Of a stretch of 64,000 bases of DNA, positions 1-10,474 are shown piece by piece. Origin of the DNA: Nitrososphaera sp. (GTDB lineage: Archaea > Thermoproteota > Nitrososphaeria > Nitrososphaerales > Nitrososphaeraceae); the NCBI GenBank assembly GCA_036373855.1, contig DASUUX010000193.1:4847-68846 (forward strand). The letters are read 5' to 3'. The stretch's first letter is position 1; the number at the start of each line of letters is the position of its first letter. The notes beneath the pieces are model-generated. The model did not search any database. It was not told the DNA's origin and saw only the letters and a program-made list of their open reading frames with translations. The translations under genes were made by a program, and so were the position numbers.

Positions 1-59
1 ATAATAGAAGGGGACCACCACCTCCTGGGCAACAACAACAACAACAACCCTTTCCTTAA
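1..59 (+). CDS. 3' end of a gene entering the window (low-complexity tail NRRGPPPPGQQQQQQPFP*)
   Basis: Frame open from nt 3 to TAA at 57-59; Pro/Gln tail like other proteins in this window. Confidence 0.4.
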   Translation, partial: NRRGPPPPGQQQQQQPFP

Positions 60-245
60 TTCTTGAACGCTTTGATAGTATTATATGATTATTATAGTGT
101 GCCGAGTCAACGATAATTAATCGTTGGGGGCTTTGCCACTTTGCCACTTCATTTGTGTATTGCCTTGTTTTGACAAATTCTGAAGAGCAAAAAATAATGG
201 ACTATGGCAATAAGCATATACCTCTACATTTTTGTATGCTGCCTA

Positions 246-1725
246 TTATCCTGTCTGATTTGCGTTCAGCACGACATTAAATGTCCCAATGTAGCCTTGA
301 TCCTCCTCATCATGAGTCATATTCAGGATAAGGTGCTCTCCCGCATTACTTTGAATTAGACCATCAGTTGAAGGTCCCATGTAGATTCCATCTTCCTCAT
401 TTGTCATGTCTGGCTGTCCATGGTCACTGTATGGAGGTTGCATATGCACTTGCTCTGTAATTGAATTGTTAAGGTAAAACTGTGATGTCGATTCGAAAGT
501 CTCATTTGAGCCTTCAAAGGTGCGCACCTTGATATGTATGTGTATGGCTCGACCTTCATACCAACCTGGATATACTGTAGTGAATCGAACAGTCCCATTA
601 TCATATGTCACGGTTACCTCGAAGGAAACTCTGTCCTGTAGTGCCTTGCTGCTGAATACCTGAATAGATGCCTTGAGGATTTGCATGTCAAATATCTACC
701 AGCGCCCCCCCTAAGAGGAATGCAGGAACCCGTATCTCCGTCAACGTCATAGACAGTAATCACTAGCCTCAATGGAATGCCCTCCTGAACAGACCAATTT
801 GAGGTATCAGATGTAATATCAGAGCGGTTGGGCATATTATCCACAAAGTATGTCCTTCAATCTGCTGGGGTGTCGCTTCAACATCTATTAAGGAAGGCGT
901 TAGTGTACATGTTTTGTTTGTTGATGCGTCAGCTTGAATAGCTGAAAATTGTCCTGGAGGAGCTCCAGGCGGAGGTCCAAACTGTAGTTGCTGTTGCTGG
1001 TTAGGAGTTGCAGATACAAAGTATGGCAAATCAGGCAACAGGTTACGTCCGTTCTCGTCTGTCATTGACATGATTATGCCATATAGTGTAACGCTTCCGA
1101 ACTGATTATTATCTGTCCTTGTGCTATCAATTGAAACACTGATGACTGTGCCGCGCATCATAGTAATAGCAAAAGGCACTCCTTCCCATCGGACAGTTCC
1201 ATTTATGGCGATGGTTGCGGTGCCCTGAAGGACGATATCGTTATCACTGCGACCAAAAGTCATATTATTAGTGGTATTACTGGCTGTTGCTGTGTTTGTA
1301 GTATTTTCTGCTCTTATTGTTGTTGTTGTTGTTGTTGTATTTGCTGTTCCATCGATGAGTGCCGCTTCAACTATTGCGCCGCTTGGGTTAATACTCAAGA
1401 GATTCATTGTAAAGTTTTGAATACTTCTATTCACAACATCAAGGCTTCAATTCCCATCAACGATAGTTCCAAAGTACTTCGAAGGAGGATGTGCACCTTG
1501 AATTGCATTGGGATCTAGAACCAGAATTCCATTAACTCCTTTTGCATAAAATGTGCTTTGCGTGGCTTGAGGAGGAGAAGGAGGCGGAGCACATCATGTT
1601 TGATTTGCGCTTTGTGCCCGTGCTACTTGCATATTACTATGAGTGAGCAACATGGTTGGCAAAACTGCCACTAAAAGTACTGCAAGTACCATTATCGTAC
1701 CTTTTTGTATTTTAGGATTAGACAA
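246..1725 (-). pseudogene. Secreted intradiol ring-cleavage dioxygenase-like protein (protocatechuate 3,4-dioxygenase fold), disrupted
   Basis: Reconstructed across frames: signal peptide from TTG 1725; motifs TPQQIEG(P)YF, GIPLRL, VDI*HAN..GIYS, FLRG, TTVYPGWYEGRAIHIH. In-frame TGA at 1594-96, 1447-49 and ~690; frameshifts near 852, 708 (G run) and ~612. Confidence 0.85.
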
Positions 1726-1852
1726 AATCTTTTGTCTCGAAGCATAGGCGCTTAATGGTATTTATGGAGTTTAATGCACTCTTTGAGAATGTACTTCGTC
1801 TACCAATAAGCCAAAGTGTTGGAAAATTGATAGATGATATCTCAGAGTGTCT

Positions 1853-3310
1853 TCAGTCACTCTCATCTGCCCTGAGCTCGTTGAATGCCGCTAGCCGATC
1901 CCCTACCTTAACCCCTTTCTCTTGTGCAAAGCCAGCGTTAACTTCCAATACGTATTGGGCAGGTTCTCTTGAGGGATAGGTTGGGCATTCGTCTTGTGCG
2001 CAGGGAGGAACATTTTCTTTGATCTCTACAATTTTGGAACTACCATCGACGAATATCATGTCCAAAGGTATTAAGGTATTTTTCATCCAAAATGTTCTAG
2101 GCTTCTCCTCGTAATACGCAAACAGCATGCCTGCATTCCAAGGGAGATGTTTTCTAAACATAAGGCCTCTCATAGACTCTTCTAGATCATCAGGGACTTC
2201 AACAAATACACGGGCAATAACAGACGAATTATTATTATTATTATTATTATTATTATCTTCGGCTCTTACTATTTCAATATCAGGTTTTCTTACAACCACT
2301 TGATTTGGTCCTGCGCCTCCTGCAGACATTGTATCAATAATGTGGTTACTTGTAGTATTGATAATGGATACATCATTTCCCATCATGTTGCTAACATAAG
2401 ACAAATCGCCGCCATCTGCACTAAATGCAATTCCATAAGGTCCGTTGCCAACAGGAATTTCATTTACCACTTCAATAGCTTGTGCATCCACTATTGATAC
2501 CGTGTCGGAGTCCATATTTGTTACATAAGCAAGAGTTTCGTCAGGGTTTAATGCAGCGTATCGTGGATTATCGCCAACAGGGATAGTTTTGATTATTTCG
2601 TGTTTGTGCGAGTCGATGACTGACAGAGTATCGCTTCCCGCGTTTACAACGAATAGCCTTGAGCCATCGTTAGTAAAGGAAAGTCGATGAGGCATACTCC
2701 CAGAATCTATTTCCTTTATCACTACATTCTGTTCCAAGTCGACCACCGAGATAGGGCCTCCTAACCTAGTGACATATAGCACTTGTCCATCAGGTCTTAC
2801 TTCCACGAATTGAGGTCTAGAGCCAACATCGATTTCATCTATGAGAGTTCCGTTTGTGTTTGTCACTAGTACCTTTCCTCCGATTACGTCACTCATATAC
2901 AAAGTATCATTAACGGTTGCAATATCTTGGATAGAAGCTTCTGTAGATATCTCTCTAATTAGCTCGTTGCTTGTAGTATTGACCATGAAGATGGTTCCAG
3001 AATTCCTGTCTGCTGTCATGATATAAAGCGTCAGCTGATCTTCAGAGAGTTTGACATTGTGAAGCGTCTCATCAACTGTGACATTCAATAAAATTGTGTT
3101 TGTCGCTAGGTCTACGACAGAGATGCTGCTAGCATTTGAGTTTTGTATATACATGACTCCCGCCAAGGAATCACTGGTCAGGCTGCCATCTGAACCAAAA
3201 GCACTGATTGCAGGTAATAAAGAATAATAGGCTAGCAGGGAATTTGAGCTATTGGCCATCAGTACTACTACTACTACTGTTGTTAATACAATCCCAATAG
3301 CTTCAATCAA
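1853..3310 (-). CDS. Exported YVTN/YncE-type beta-propeller protein fused to a C-terminal DUF192 domain
   Basis: N-terminal hydrophobic segment; repeats such as YVTNMDSDTVSIVD and IPVGNGPYGIAFS; C-terminal RGLMFR..GMLF..FWMKNTLIPLDMIF..YVLEVNAG. Confidence 0.85.
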   Translation of the reverse strand: MIEAIGIVLTTVVVVVLMANSSNSLLAYYSLLPAISAFGSDGSLTSDSLAGVMYIQNSNASSISVVDLATNTILLNVTVDETLHNVKLSEDQLTLYIMTADRNSGTIFMVNTTSNELIREISTEASIQDIATVNDTLYMSDVIGGKVLVTNTNGTLIDEIDVGSRPQFVEVRPDGQVLYVTRLGGPISVVDLEQNVVIKEIDSGSMPHRLSFTNDGSRLFVVNAGSDTLSVIDSHKHEIIKTIPVGDNPRYAALNPDETLAYVTNMDSDTVSIVDAQAIEVVNEIPVGNGPYGIAFSADGGDLSYVSNMMGNDVSIINTTSNHIIDTMSAGGAGPNQVVVRKPDIEIVRAEDNNNNNNNNNSSVIARVFVEVPDDLEESMRGLMFRKHLPWNAGMLFAYYEEKPRTFWMKNTLIPLDMIFVDGSSKIVEIKENVPPCAQDECPTYPSREPAQYVLEVNAGFAQEKGVKVGDRLAAFNELRADESD

Positions 3311-3388
3311 TACGAGACCCTCTTTGACCTGCTATTGTCATCGACCACCAACACGTCATGTCTGTAATTTGTAGATTTCTTATAGTTG

Positions 3389-4591
3389 CTAGCTGGTGAG
3401 TATTCGAATAGCCTGCTTGAATTCTTCCTCTGAAAGAGGCGGCATGTTTGCAGTCTTTAGGTTTTCCTCAACATGCTCGGCCTTTTTCTGCCCAATGAGG
3501 GGTGCAATAACCGATGGGCTTGATCGAATAATCTGCACCAGTTTGGCTACAGGATCAGTAATATTTGCATAATCAGGGATCTGGCTACCGAGGAGCCTTC
3601 CCTGAAAGAGAGGTATGCTAGTAAATATGCCGACGTTGAGTTTTGCTGCTGCCTGCAGAATTGTAAGATTTTCCTCAGAACCTACTGACTGGTTCCTAAG
3701 CAAAAGTGCCTCGCTGTACGCAAGGTTGTATGGGAGCTGGATAAATCTAAAACCGTGGTCCTTGCCTCCGACTCCCTCAGCGCTCTTGACTGCTTGCTCG
3801 AGCGAGAGGTATTCCGGACTTATGGGGGGAACCCTAAAACATGTCCAAGTTGCCATGCCATAGTAACGAATCTTGTTTTTAGCCCGATATTTTTCATAAA
3901 CTTCAAACGCCTTTACAAGCATCTCCATAAACTGCTCCCTGCTTACATCCTGGTACCAACTCTCAAAGGCGTTGTGAATGTAAACGAGATCAATGGTAGA
4001 AACATGCATGTTCATGAGTGACTTGTCAATACACTTGGCAAGGTAGTTAGGGTTGATGACGTTGTAGCCGGAGCTGATGTCGTCCGCAGTTATCACGTCA
4101 GTCTGGATATACATCCTGTGCATGTATTCCATTACATCGATGTTTGGATAGTCGCCGTCATTTGTGATATAGCCATTCTTGGTAGATACAAAAACCTGGT
4201 CCCGTGAAATTATCCTGTCTTTTACAAGACGCAAAAGTGCTCTACCGATGCTCTTTTCCGACCTCATGGCACGGTAGTTTATCGCAGTATCGATGACATT
4301 GACCGCGCCAGACTTGACTGACTGAAAGACTGCATTTTCAACAGCCTGATCATCCTCCTCACTTGGCTGGCCCAAATATGTTCCCATCCCTATGCTTGAT
4401 AGGTGAAGGCTATCAAAAGACTTAAAGTGACTTCTCGGCCTTCCCTGTGAGATAGCATACTCTGTGTATTTCTTTGTACCCTCAGGCGTGGCGTAGCCCT
4501 CAAGGGTTTGGTATGGTGATGACGACCACGACGACAATGGTTCACATATGGCAGCATGCAAAATAATAACGAATCGAATTTTATTACTCAC
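3389..4591 (-). CDS. Aldo/keto reductase (true start probably slightly downstream)
   Basis: SSIGMGTY, NVIDTAINY, VFVSTKNG, IDLVYIHN, IQLPYNL, HVEENL motifs. Confidence 0.9.
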   Translation of the reverse strand: MSNKIRFVIILHAAICEPLSSWSSSPYQTLEGYATPEGTKKYTEYAISQGRPRSHFKSFDSLHLSSIGMGTYLGQPSEEDDQAVENAVFQSVKSGAVNVIDTAINYRAMRSEKSIGRALLRLVKDRIISRDQVFVSTKNGYITNDGDYPNIDVMEYMHRMYIQTDVITADDISSGYNVINPNYLAKCIDKSLMNMHVSTIDLVYIHNAFESWYQDVSREQFMEMLVKAFEVYEKYRAKNKIRYYGMATWTCFRVPPISPEYLSLEQAVKSAEGVGGKDHGFRFIQLPYNLAYSEALLLRNQSVGSEENLTILQAAAKLNVGIFTSIPLFQGRLLGSQIPDYANITDPVAKLVQIIRSSPSVIAPLIGQKKAEHVEENLKTANMPPLSEEEFKQAIRILTS

Positions 4592-4689
4592 CTAAAAATT
4601 TAGGTTTACTCTTTTTACTAAATATCTTCAAGAGAAAACATGTTGTTAAAGCAACTAACAGAACAAAGATAGAAGAATATATTTTTCAT

Positions 4690-5571
4690 CTATAGAATAA
4701 GGCTCATGGCCAGCAAAAAGCCAGTAATCCTAGAGTATGTCACAGCTGAAGCCATTGCAGGCACTATCTTTTCGATACTTTCCGGTTCTTTTCTCAGTTG
4801 CAACACTGATTTAATAGCAAGCGGTATCGATGCAAAACTGATTAGTGAATAAATCTTGGTGAAGCCAAGAAAAATACCTCCAGCGATCAGAGCATAGGCC
4901 GCAATGATAAATATGGGAAATATAGTTAAAGCGGTTTTCCTTCCGAGTATTATTACTAGGGTACGACGCCCTTTTGACCTATCTGCTTCATAGTCCGGAA
5001 ATGAATTGATAAAGAGCACTGTTGCAGAAAGGATGCCGACTATTGCCCCGACATATAGAGCGGCTGGCTCTAACACAGCATTTTGGACGTAAAGCGTTCC
5101 AAGCACAATCATCGCTCCCTTGATAGCAACAAAGAGCTCACCCAATCCAGCATTTACAATTCTTGTTGAATAAAAGTAGATGGCAACAACTGCGAAGCTA
5201 AGTATTACTGCTATTGTTATCCCGCGTATTGCGACAAAATATGCCCCTATGGACGCGCCAAGGACCAGAAATATTATACCAGCTATGTATACTGCGCGAG
5301 GTGTCAGTAGGTTTTCAGGAAGAACTCCTGTCCCTCCACTGAACTTTGTCCTTTTCGTTGCGCTATCGATTCCCCGCTTATGATCCCAGTAGTCATTGAG
5401 AAGGTCTACGCTCGCATGCAAAAAAACCACGCCAATATATGTGAGAATGGCATAAAGTGGGTCTATGGTAGCGTATTTCCAGTAAGCGATCGCAAGGCCA
5501 TTGCTAACTGCAATTACTGACGCTAGGAGAAAGCGGATCCGGATAGCTCGTAGCCAAATAGACAGCAGCAC
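4690..5571 (-). CDS. UbiA-family prenyltransferase (MenA-like)
   Basis: NDYWDHKRGID and NSFPDYEADRSKGRRTL Asp-rich motifs; multiple TM helices. Confidence 0.88.
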   Translation of the reverse strand: MLLSIWLRAIRIRFLLASVIAVSNGLAIAYWKYATIDPLYAILTYIGVVFLHASVDLLNDYWDHKRGIDSATKRTKFSGGTGVLPENLLTPRAVYIAGIIFLVLGASIGAYFVAIRGITIAVILSFAVVAIYFYSTRIVNAGLGELFVAIKGAMIVLGTLYVQNAVLEPAALYVGAIVGILSATVLFINSFPDYEADRSKGRRTLVIILGRKTALTIFPIFIIAAYALIAGGIFLGFTKIYSLISFASIPLAIKSVLQLRKEPESIEKIVPAMASAVTYSRITGFLLAMSLIL

Positions 5572-5616
5572 TTATCTCCTGCCATATGCAGGAACTTATT
5601 ACTATGTTTTTTGAAA

Positions 5617-5880
5617 TCATTGGGAAACGCACCGGTAATAGGTTACACCATTTATCGTTACGTCTTCTATCCGAAACTTTTTCTTCTTGCCTGCTATTGC
5701 GCTTGCAAGATCAGATAATCCTAACTTGAGCATGGTATTATTTACATTTGTCTCTGCAATACCGGTTGCCTGCGATATCTCTCTGACAGAATAGCCTTTG
5801 TCTGAGTTTCTACATAAGAATTGCGTAATGATTGTTCCAACGTCCTTATGAGCGTCAAACTCTGCAGCGTCTATAGGCAT
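5617..5880 (-). CDS. Small winged-helix-like hypothetical protein
   Basis: YSVREISQATGI helix-turn-helix pattern followed by a beta-hairpin (INGVTYY). Confidence 0.6.
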   Translation of the reverse strand: MPIDAAEFDAHKDVGTIITQFLCRNSDKGYSVREISQATGIAETNVNNTMLKLGLSDLASAIAGKKKKFRIEDVTINGVTYYRCVSQ

Positions 5881-5916
5881 ATCAATCCGCCAGCAATAGA
5901 TTTTATAAAGCTAAAG

Positions 5917-6336
5917 CTACGGCTCTATTACGCCTGTGCTTTCAAGCGGCTTGCGGCCCATAAAGCCCTCATCCTTTCCATGCCAGAACTTTATCTTGTT
6001 TTCCCCTACTTTCCAGCACAGCCAGACCTCTTCGTCAAACCTCCTTGAAGGGAAATCAAGCAAGCCTTCATCCACGCTTTTTATTATTACCCCTGTCGCC
6101 TCAAGCTGCTCTATCGCCCCGTACAGATTGGTGACAGCAGCGTTGAGCTCTTGTTTTTTCTCTATAAAACCTTCAAAGGGACTGCCCGAGTCAATTATTG
6201 CCTGAATCTCCTCTTGCAGGGCAACAACATCATTCTTTTGCGTTATAATATTTTCAAATAAACGCTTGACCTCAGGCAGTGCCTTATCAGCAGTCTGTGG
6301 CGTATATAACGTAAACATTAATGAGATTTTCTTCAA
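5917..6336 (-). CDS. DUF2203 family protein (likely start MFTLYTP)
   Basis: IKSVDEGLLDFPS..VWLCWKVGE..IKFWH..EGFMGRKPL signature. Confidence 0.85.
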   Translation of the reverse strand: MKKISLMFTLYTPQTADKALPEVKRLFENIITQKNDVVALQEEIQAIIDSGSPFEGFIEKKQELNAAVTNLYGAIEQLEATGVIIKSVDEGLLDFPSRRFDEEVWLCWKVGENKIKFWHGKDEGFMGRKPLESTGVIEP

Positions 6337-6660
6337 TTTTGAGATAATTTATGCTTTTAGCACTTGATGGGGAAAGAGGATACAATTTTTGAGAATCATG
6401 TTACGTCTTTTCTCATAATGGTTCTATAAGTTCCATTCTTTATCTTCATTAGAATAAAGAAATACAAATGCTCTAGGTCGCACTTTATCAGATAAAAATA
6501 GCCAAAATTGATCAGTGGCATCCGCAGGAATTCAAACATAGCGAGATGAATTAAGCCTTAATCTGTGCCGACAAAAGCGCTTTGGTCCTTGTAAGGCTTT
6601 TACGCATTAGTACATCGTTTTAGATGAATTGAGATATTATACCCTCTCCCTCTCTTCAAG

Positions 6661-6915
6661 GTGTTGCAGGCCTTAAGAAGAGCTACCTATTTACTTCCTT
6701 TCATGGTAGAACCCACGCTTGAAACAGAAAACGTAATGCCATCAACCATGAAAGCCAAGGACGAGCAAGAGAATCTGGTTCCGTTCTTGGAGCAGGAGAT
6801 AGAATGTCCCCGTTGTCACGACAGCATGATGCTTTGTTCTGACTTTGATAACCTATATTATGTCTGCGAAGAATGCGACTTTTCCCTCTATACGATAAAG
6901 AAATCGGCATCATAA
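6661..6915 (+). CDS. Small zinc-ribbon protein (real start probably an internal Met)
   Basis: ECPRCHD..YYVCEECDF, two CxxC knuckles. Confidence 0.65.
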   Translation: MLQALRRATYLLPFMVEPTLETENVMPSTMKAKDEQENLVPFLEQEIECPRCHDSMMLCSDFDNLYYVCEECDFSLYTIKKSAS

Positions 6916-6952
6916 AAAGAAATTATTAGGTGCTCTAGTTGGTAATTAATGA

Positions 6953-8302
6953 TTGATTGTAAATCGTCACAAATTGGAGAGGTTTCACAGGAGTCGATCA
7001 TCGCGGCTAATTCTTTCTACGCTTGCAGTTGCAATTGACAGCGTAAGGCCTGCTCCGCTCATAAAGCGTGCTGTAAAATTCAGCAATAGCGAACTGATAG
7101 CCCGTGACATTCATGGGAATGTCGCAAAGCTGGGAGAATTTGACCGCGCATACATTGTCGGCGCCGGTAAAGCAGCACCGGGCATGGCCTGTGCGGTTTG
7201 CTCTATCTTGGGTAACAAGGTTGCTGCTGGTGCGATTACTGTTCCTTACGGAACCAAAGCTGAGATCAAGGGGGTTTTGGTGACTGAGGCCTCGCATCCG
7301 ATCCCTGACAAGGCAGGAATAAAGGGCACAAAAAATATTCTTTCGATCCTGAGAGAGGCTGATCAGAATGATCTTGTAATTTTCCTAATCTCAGGTGGTG
7401 GCTCGGCACTAATGCCCCTGCCTGCACCAGGCATCTCTTTGGCTGACAAGCAAGAGATCACTAGCTCACTCCTTCGCTCTGGAGCATCAATTCACGAGAT
7501 AAATGCTGTGCGAAAGCACCTATCAGCTGTCAAGGGAGGTCAGCTCCTGCGACATGTAAACGAATCATGCACCCTGCTGTCGCTAATCCTCTCTGACGTG
7601 ATAGGAGATGACCTTGGAATGGTTGCTTCAGGCCCTACCTGTCCTGATAGCTCGACTTTTAGCGACGCCTTGAGTATTTTGAGAAAATATCGCATAGAAC
7701 GTCCCGCTACTGCTATTCAATACGTTGCCAAAGGTGCCAAGGGCAAGATAGAGGAAACACCCAAGCCGCAAGAGGAGCTATTTTCTCGCATCCACAATGT
7801 GCTTATTGGAAACAATGGTATCGCATGCAAAGCAGCAGTAGGCTACCTCAAAAAGCGCGGCATGCAAGCGATAAATCTTGGATCAGAATTTGATGGCGAG
7901 GCTAAAGAATTTGGAAAATTTCTGGCACGGCTTGCGTTAGGCCTAGGTTCCAAGCGTCTTGCAATAGTGGCCGGAGGCGAGACCACTGTCAAGCTAGGTA
8001 GACGTAAAAACGGTCTTGGCGGGAGGAACCAAGAAGCGGCACTTTCATGTTTGGCTGAGCTTAATAGACATGATGTTGCAATAGGATGCATAGGAACCGA
8101 CGGAATAGATGGCAACTCTGACGCAGCTGGCGCACTCGTGTCACCAAAGACAATAATGCTTGCCAAAAAGATGGATCTCCACAAATATCTCAACATGCAC
8201 GACAGTTATTACGCCTTCAAAAAGTTGGATTCACTCATCTTCACTGGTTTTACTGGCACCAATGTAAACGATGTCGCTATTGTATGTCCTGAATTAATGT
8301 AG
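6953..8302 (+). CDS. Glycerate 2-kinase (DUF4147 + MOFRL family)
   Basis: GAGKAA, HPIPD, LISGGGSAL, VRKHLSAVKGG, AGGETTV, GGRNQE, GTDGIDG, TGTNVND. Confidence 0.93.
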   Translation: MIVNRHKLERFHRSRSSRLILSTLAVAIDSVRPAPLIKRAVKFSNSELIARDIHGNVAKLGEFDRAYIVGAGKAAPGMACAVCSILGNKVAAGAITVPYGTKAEIKGVLVTEASHPIPDKAGIKGTKNILSILREADQNDLVIFLISGGGSALMPLPAPGISLADKQEITSSLLRSGASIHEINAVRKHLSAVKGGQLLRHVNESCTLLSLILSDVIGDDLGMVASGPTCPDSSTFSDALSILRKYRIERPATAIQYVAKGAKGKIEETPKPQEELFSRIHNVLIGNNGIACKAAVGYLKKRGMQAINLGSEFDGEAKEFGKFLARLALGLGSKRLAIVAGGETTVKLGRRKNGLGGRNQEAALSCLAELNRHDVAIGCIGTDGIDGNSDAAGALVSPKTIMLAKKMDLHKYLNMHDSYYAFKKLDSLIFTGFTGTNVNDVAIVCPELM

Positions 8303-8387
8303 GATGCTCTCTCATATTCTATCAGCAGTATAGTAGTAATAGCAACCGCCGCTGCCATTCCTGTTTCTGCAACCGAGACACCGCTAG

Positions 8388-9371
8388 TTAGTATCTGACA
8401 TGTATGTCGCTTGCTACCACATTGATATTATCACAGTCGTCGGTTCTAACCAAAAGCGATCCATCATCCCCCACATCTGCAGCTATGCCTTGGATGGTTC
8501 TATTGTTGTGCATCACTGCAACCTTCTGATGCAAAATGTCAGAGTTTTTCTTCCACTCCTCTATGATTGTGTGAGGAACACAGTGCTTCAGCTCCATGTA
8601 ATAATATTCAAGTCTCTCAAGTATCGCCTTTGTCAAGCCAAGTATGCTCGTTTTGTGCCCGAGTTCATCACTTAATGAAGTGACCTTGATGCTCTTTTCA
8701 AAATATGAAGTGATCGCCGACGAGTCAACATTTGCATTTATTCCCAATCCAATGACAGCATAGTTGATCCGCTCCCCCTCCATACTGATGTCAATGAGAA
8801 TGCCAGCCACCTTTTTGCCAGATATCGTGACATCATTTGGCCATCTTAATTTGGCATCAAGTTGCGTAGTTTTTTTGATTGCGTCACATACTGCGAGCGC
8901 CGCAGCAAATGGAAGGAGCGCAATCTTGGAAGCAGAAATACTTGGTCTTAAGACGACTGATAGCCATACGCCTCCCTTGGGCGATAGCCACTTCCGGTTT
9001 TGCCTGCCACGTCCGCTCTTTTGCTGCTCTGCAATAATCACTATACCATCCGAACTGGGGTTTTTCTCAGCAAGCAAGATTGCAAGGCTCTGAGTCGAAT
9101 GCGTAGTCAGCCTGTAGATTATTTTTTCTCTGCCTATAAATATAGTGTGGAGCACCTTTACCAGCTCCCATGGGAGAGGAAGGTCCGTCTCACCGGCAAG
9201 TCTATAACCTATCCTGTGCCTCGACTCAATATTATAACCGTATTGGCGTAGGATCTTTATCCGCTTCGAGATTCCACTTGTTGAAATGCCTGTCTCCTTT
9301 GCCAAGATTTTCCCTGATATGTATCCTTCTTGCAACCTGAGCAGGGAGAGAAGGTGCTCTTCTGACGGCAT
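8388..9371 (-). CDS. birA: Biotin--protein ligase with N-terminal HTH (class II BirA)
   Basis: N-terminal ISG..LA..GI HTH; QKSGRGRQNRKWLSP, RWPND, KKVAGIL, GLGINAN. Confidence 0.92.
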   Translation of the reverse strand: MPSEEHLLSLLRLQEGYISGKILAKETGISTSGISKRIKILRQYGYNIESRHRIGYRLAGETDLPLPWELVKVLHTIFIGREKIIYRLTTHSTQSLAILLAEKNPSSDGIVIIAEQQKSGRGRQNRKWLSPKGGVWLSVVLRPSISASKIALLPFAAALAVCDAIKKTTQLDAKLRWPNDVTISGKKVAGILIDISMEGERINYAVIGLGINANVDSSAITSYFEKSIKVTSLSDELGHKTSILGLTKAILERLEYYYMELKHCVPHTIIEEWKKNSDILHQKVAVMHNNRTIQGIAADVGDDGSLLVRTDDCDNINVVASDIHVRY

Positions 9372-9619
9372 TTGGCATTAGTTCGCATTAGCAGGTATAA
9401 TTAGGGTATGATAATTCCATTAGTTTATTACTATTTTGTACCCCTTACATGTATTGTATCAGTCATCCGATTAAACTACGATTATGCACCAGAGAGGTCA
9501 TGAGTTGTTGAGCGCTGTCATTCATTATTAACTTATGATTGTTTCCTTAATAACTTCCTGTCTTTTGGCGTCAGATAGTTGATAACCGATAATTACCCTT
9601 ACCCTCAGGCAACTCTTCC

Positions 9620-10192
9620 TTAGCTGTTCCATTCCCAATAAGTGATGAATGCGCCTCCGTCTGGTAGGAATTCGTCTTGACCTGCAAGTATCATATCATC
9701 AAGTGGCGCTAGCTTGCCTGTCGAATTTGTATGAAATACCGCTATTGCGATACCTCTGCCAGTAAGATCCTGTGCGTTAAACTGCCCTATTTCATAGACT
9801 GTTGCAGTTGCATTCTCCCTTCCATCTTCTGTTGTCAAGATGACCTGTCCAGCAAAACTACCATCTGTCAATGATGATATTCCACTTCCGATGCTAGTGG
9901 TTCTGATGGTTTCTGTACTATTTGGCAGATTAAGCGTCCCATTCCCAGAGAAGGTTATTTTAATCTGTGTCTGATTTATTTGAGTCTGGCCTCCCAGTCT
10001 TGATCTTTCTTGATAGAGTGGTTGAGGCGACAGCTCTATTCCTGGTGATGGTGTTGGAGTCATTGTTGTAGCTGAGGCTGCTACTGGAGTAGTAATAATA
10101 GTAGCCATGCTTGATACCGTGACGACTATTATTGTTGCCCGCATGATAAGGGTAGCTGATGCTGTTACAGTGGTGTTATTGAGATGACGCAT
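9620..10192 (-). CDS. Exported hypothetical protein (Thr-rich N-terminus, beta-rich domain)
   Basis: Hydrophobic/Thr-rich leader then a beta-strand-rich domain ending YWEW. Confidence 0.7.
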   Translation of the reverse strand: MRHLNNTTVTASATLIMRATIIVVTVSSMATIITTPVAASATTMTPTPSPGIELSPQPLYQERSRLGGQTQINQTQIKITFSGNGTLNLPNSTETIRTTSIGSGISSLTDGSFAGQVILTTEDGRENATATVYEIGQFNAQDLTGRGIAIAVFHTNSTGKLAPLDDMILAGQDEFLPDGGAFITYWEWNS

Positions 10193-10474
10193 CTTCTTCG
10201 TGTCAACCTCGAATACAATGGATAAAAGAATTCCTCAATAGGGAAAAAGGGAATAAGTTATAGAGCAGCTATTTGCGGGTTAGAGAGGTTATGAGATTTT
10301 GCACCGTCGTCATTACTATTAACTTTCAGTGATTTTATTGATAAAATAACTATCCGATGTGGTAGGTCTTCTTTTCCTCCTTCCCGTCCTCTCCTTCTTT
10401 TGAAAGCGACTTTTGCAACTAACTATACTTTTACTCCGTTGCCGATATTTATTGTACTTAGTATAGCTACCGCC

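Noticed and set aside
131..150. Tandem TTTGCCAC repeat
   Set aside because: Only two copies, with no context suggesting function
246..1725. In-frame TGA codons as selenocysteine or Trp recoding
   Set aside because: The same gene has frameshifts, and TGA is a normal stop elsewhere in the window; ordinary decay explains it
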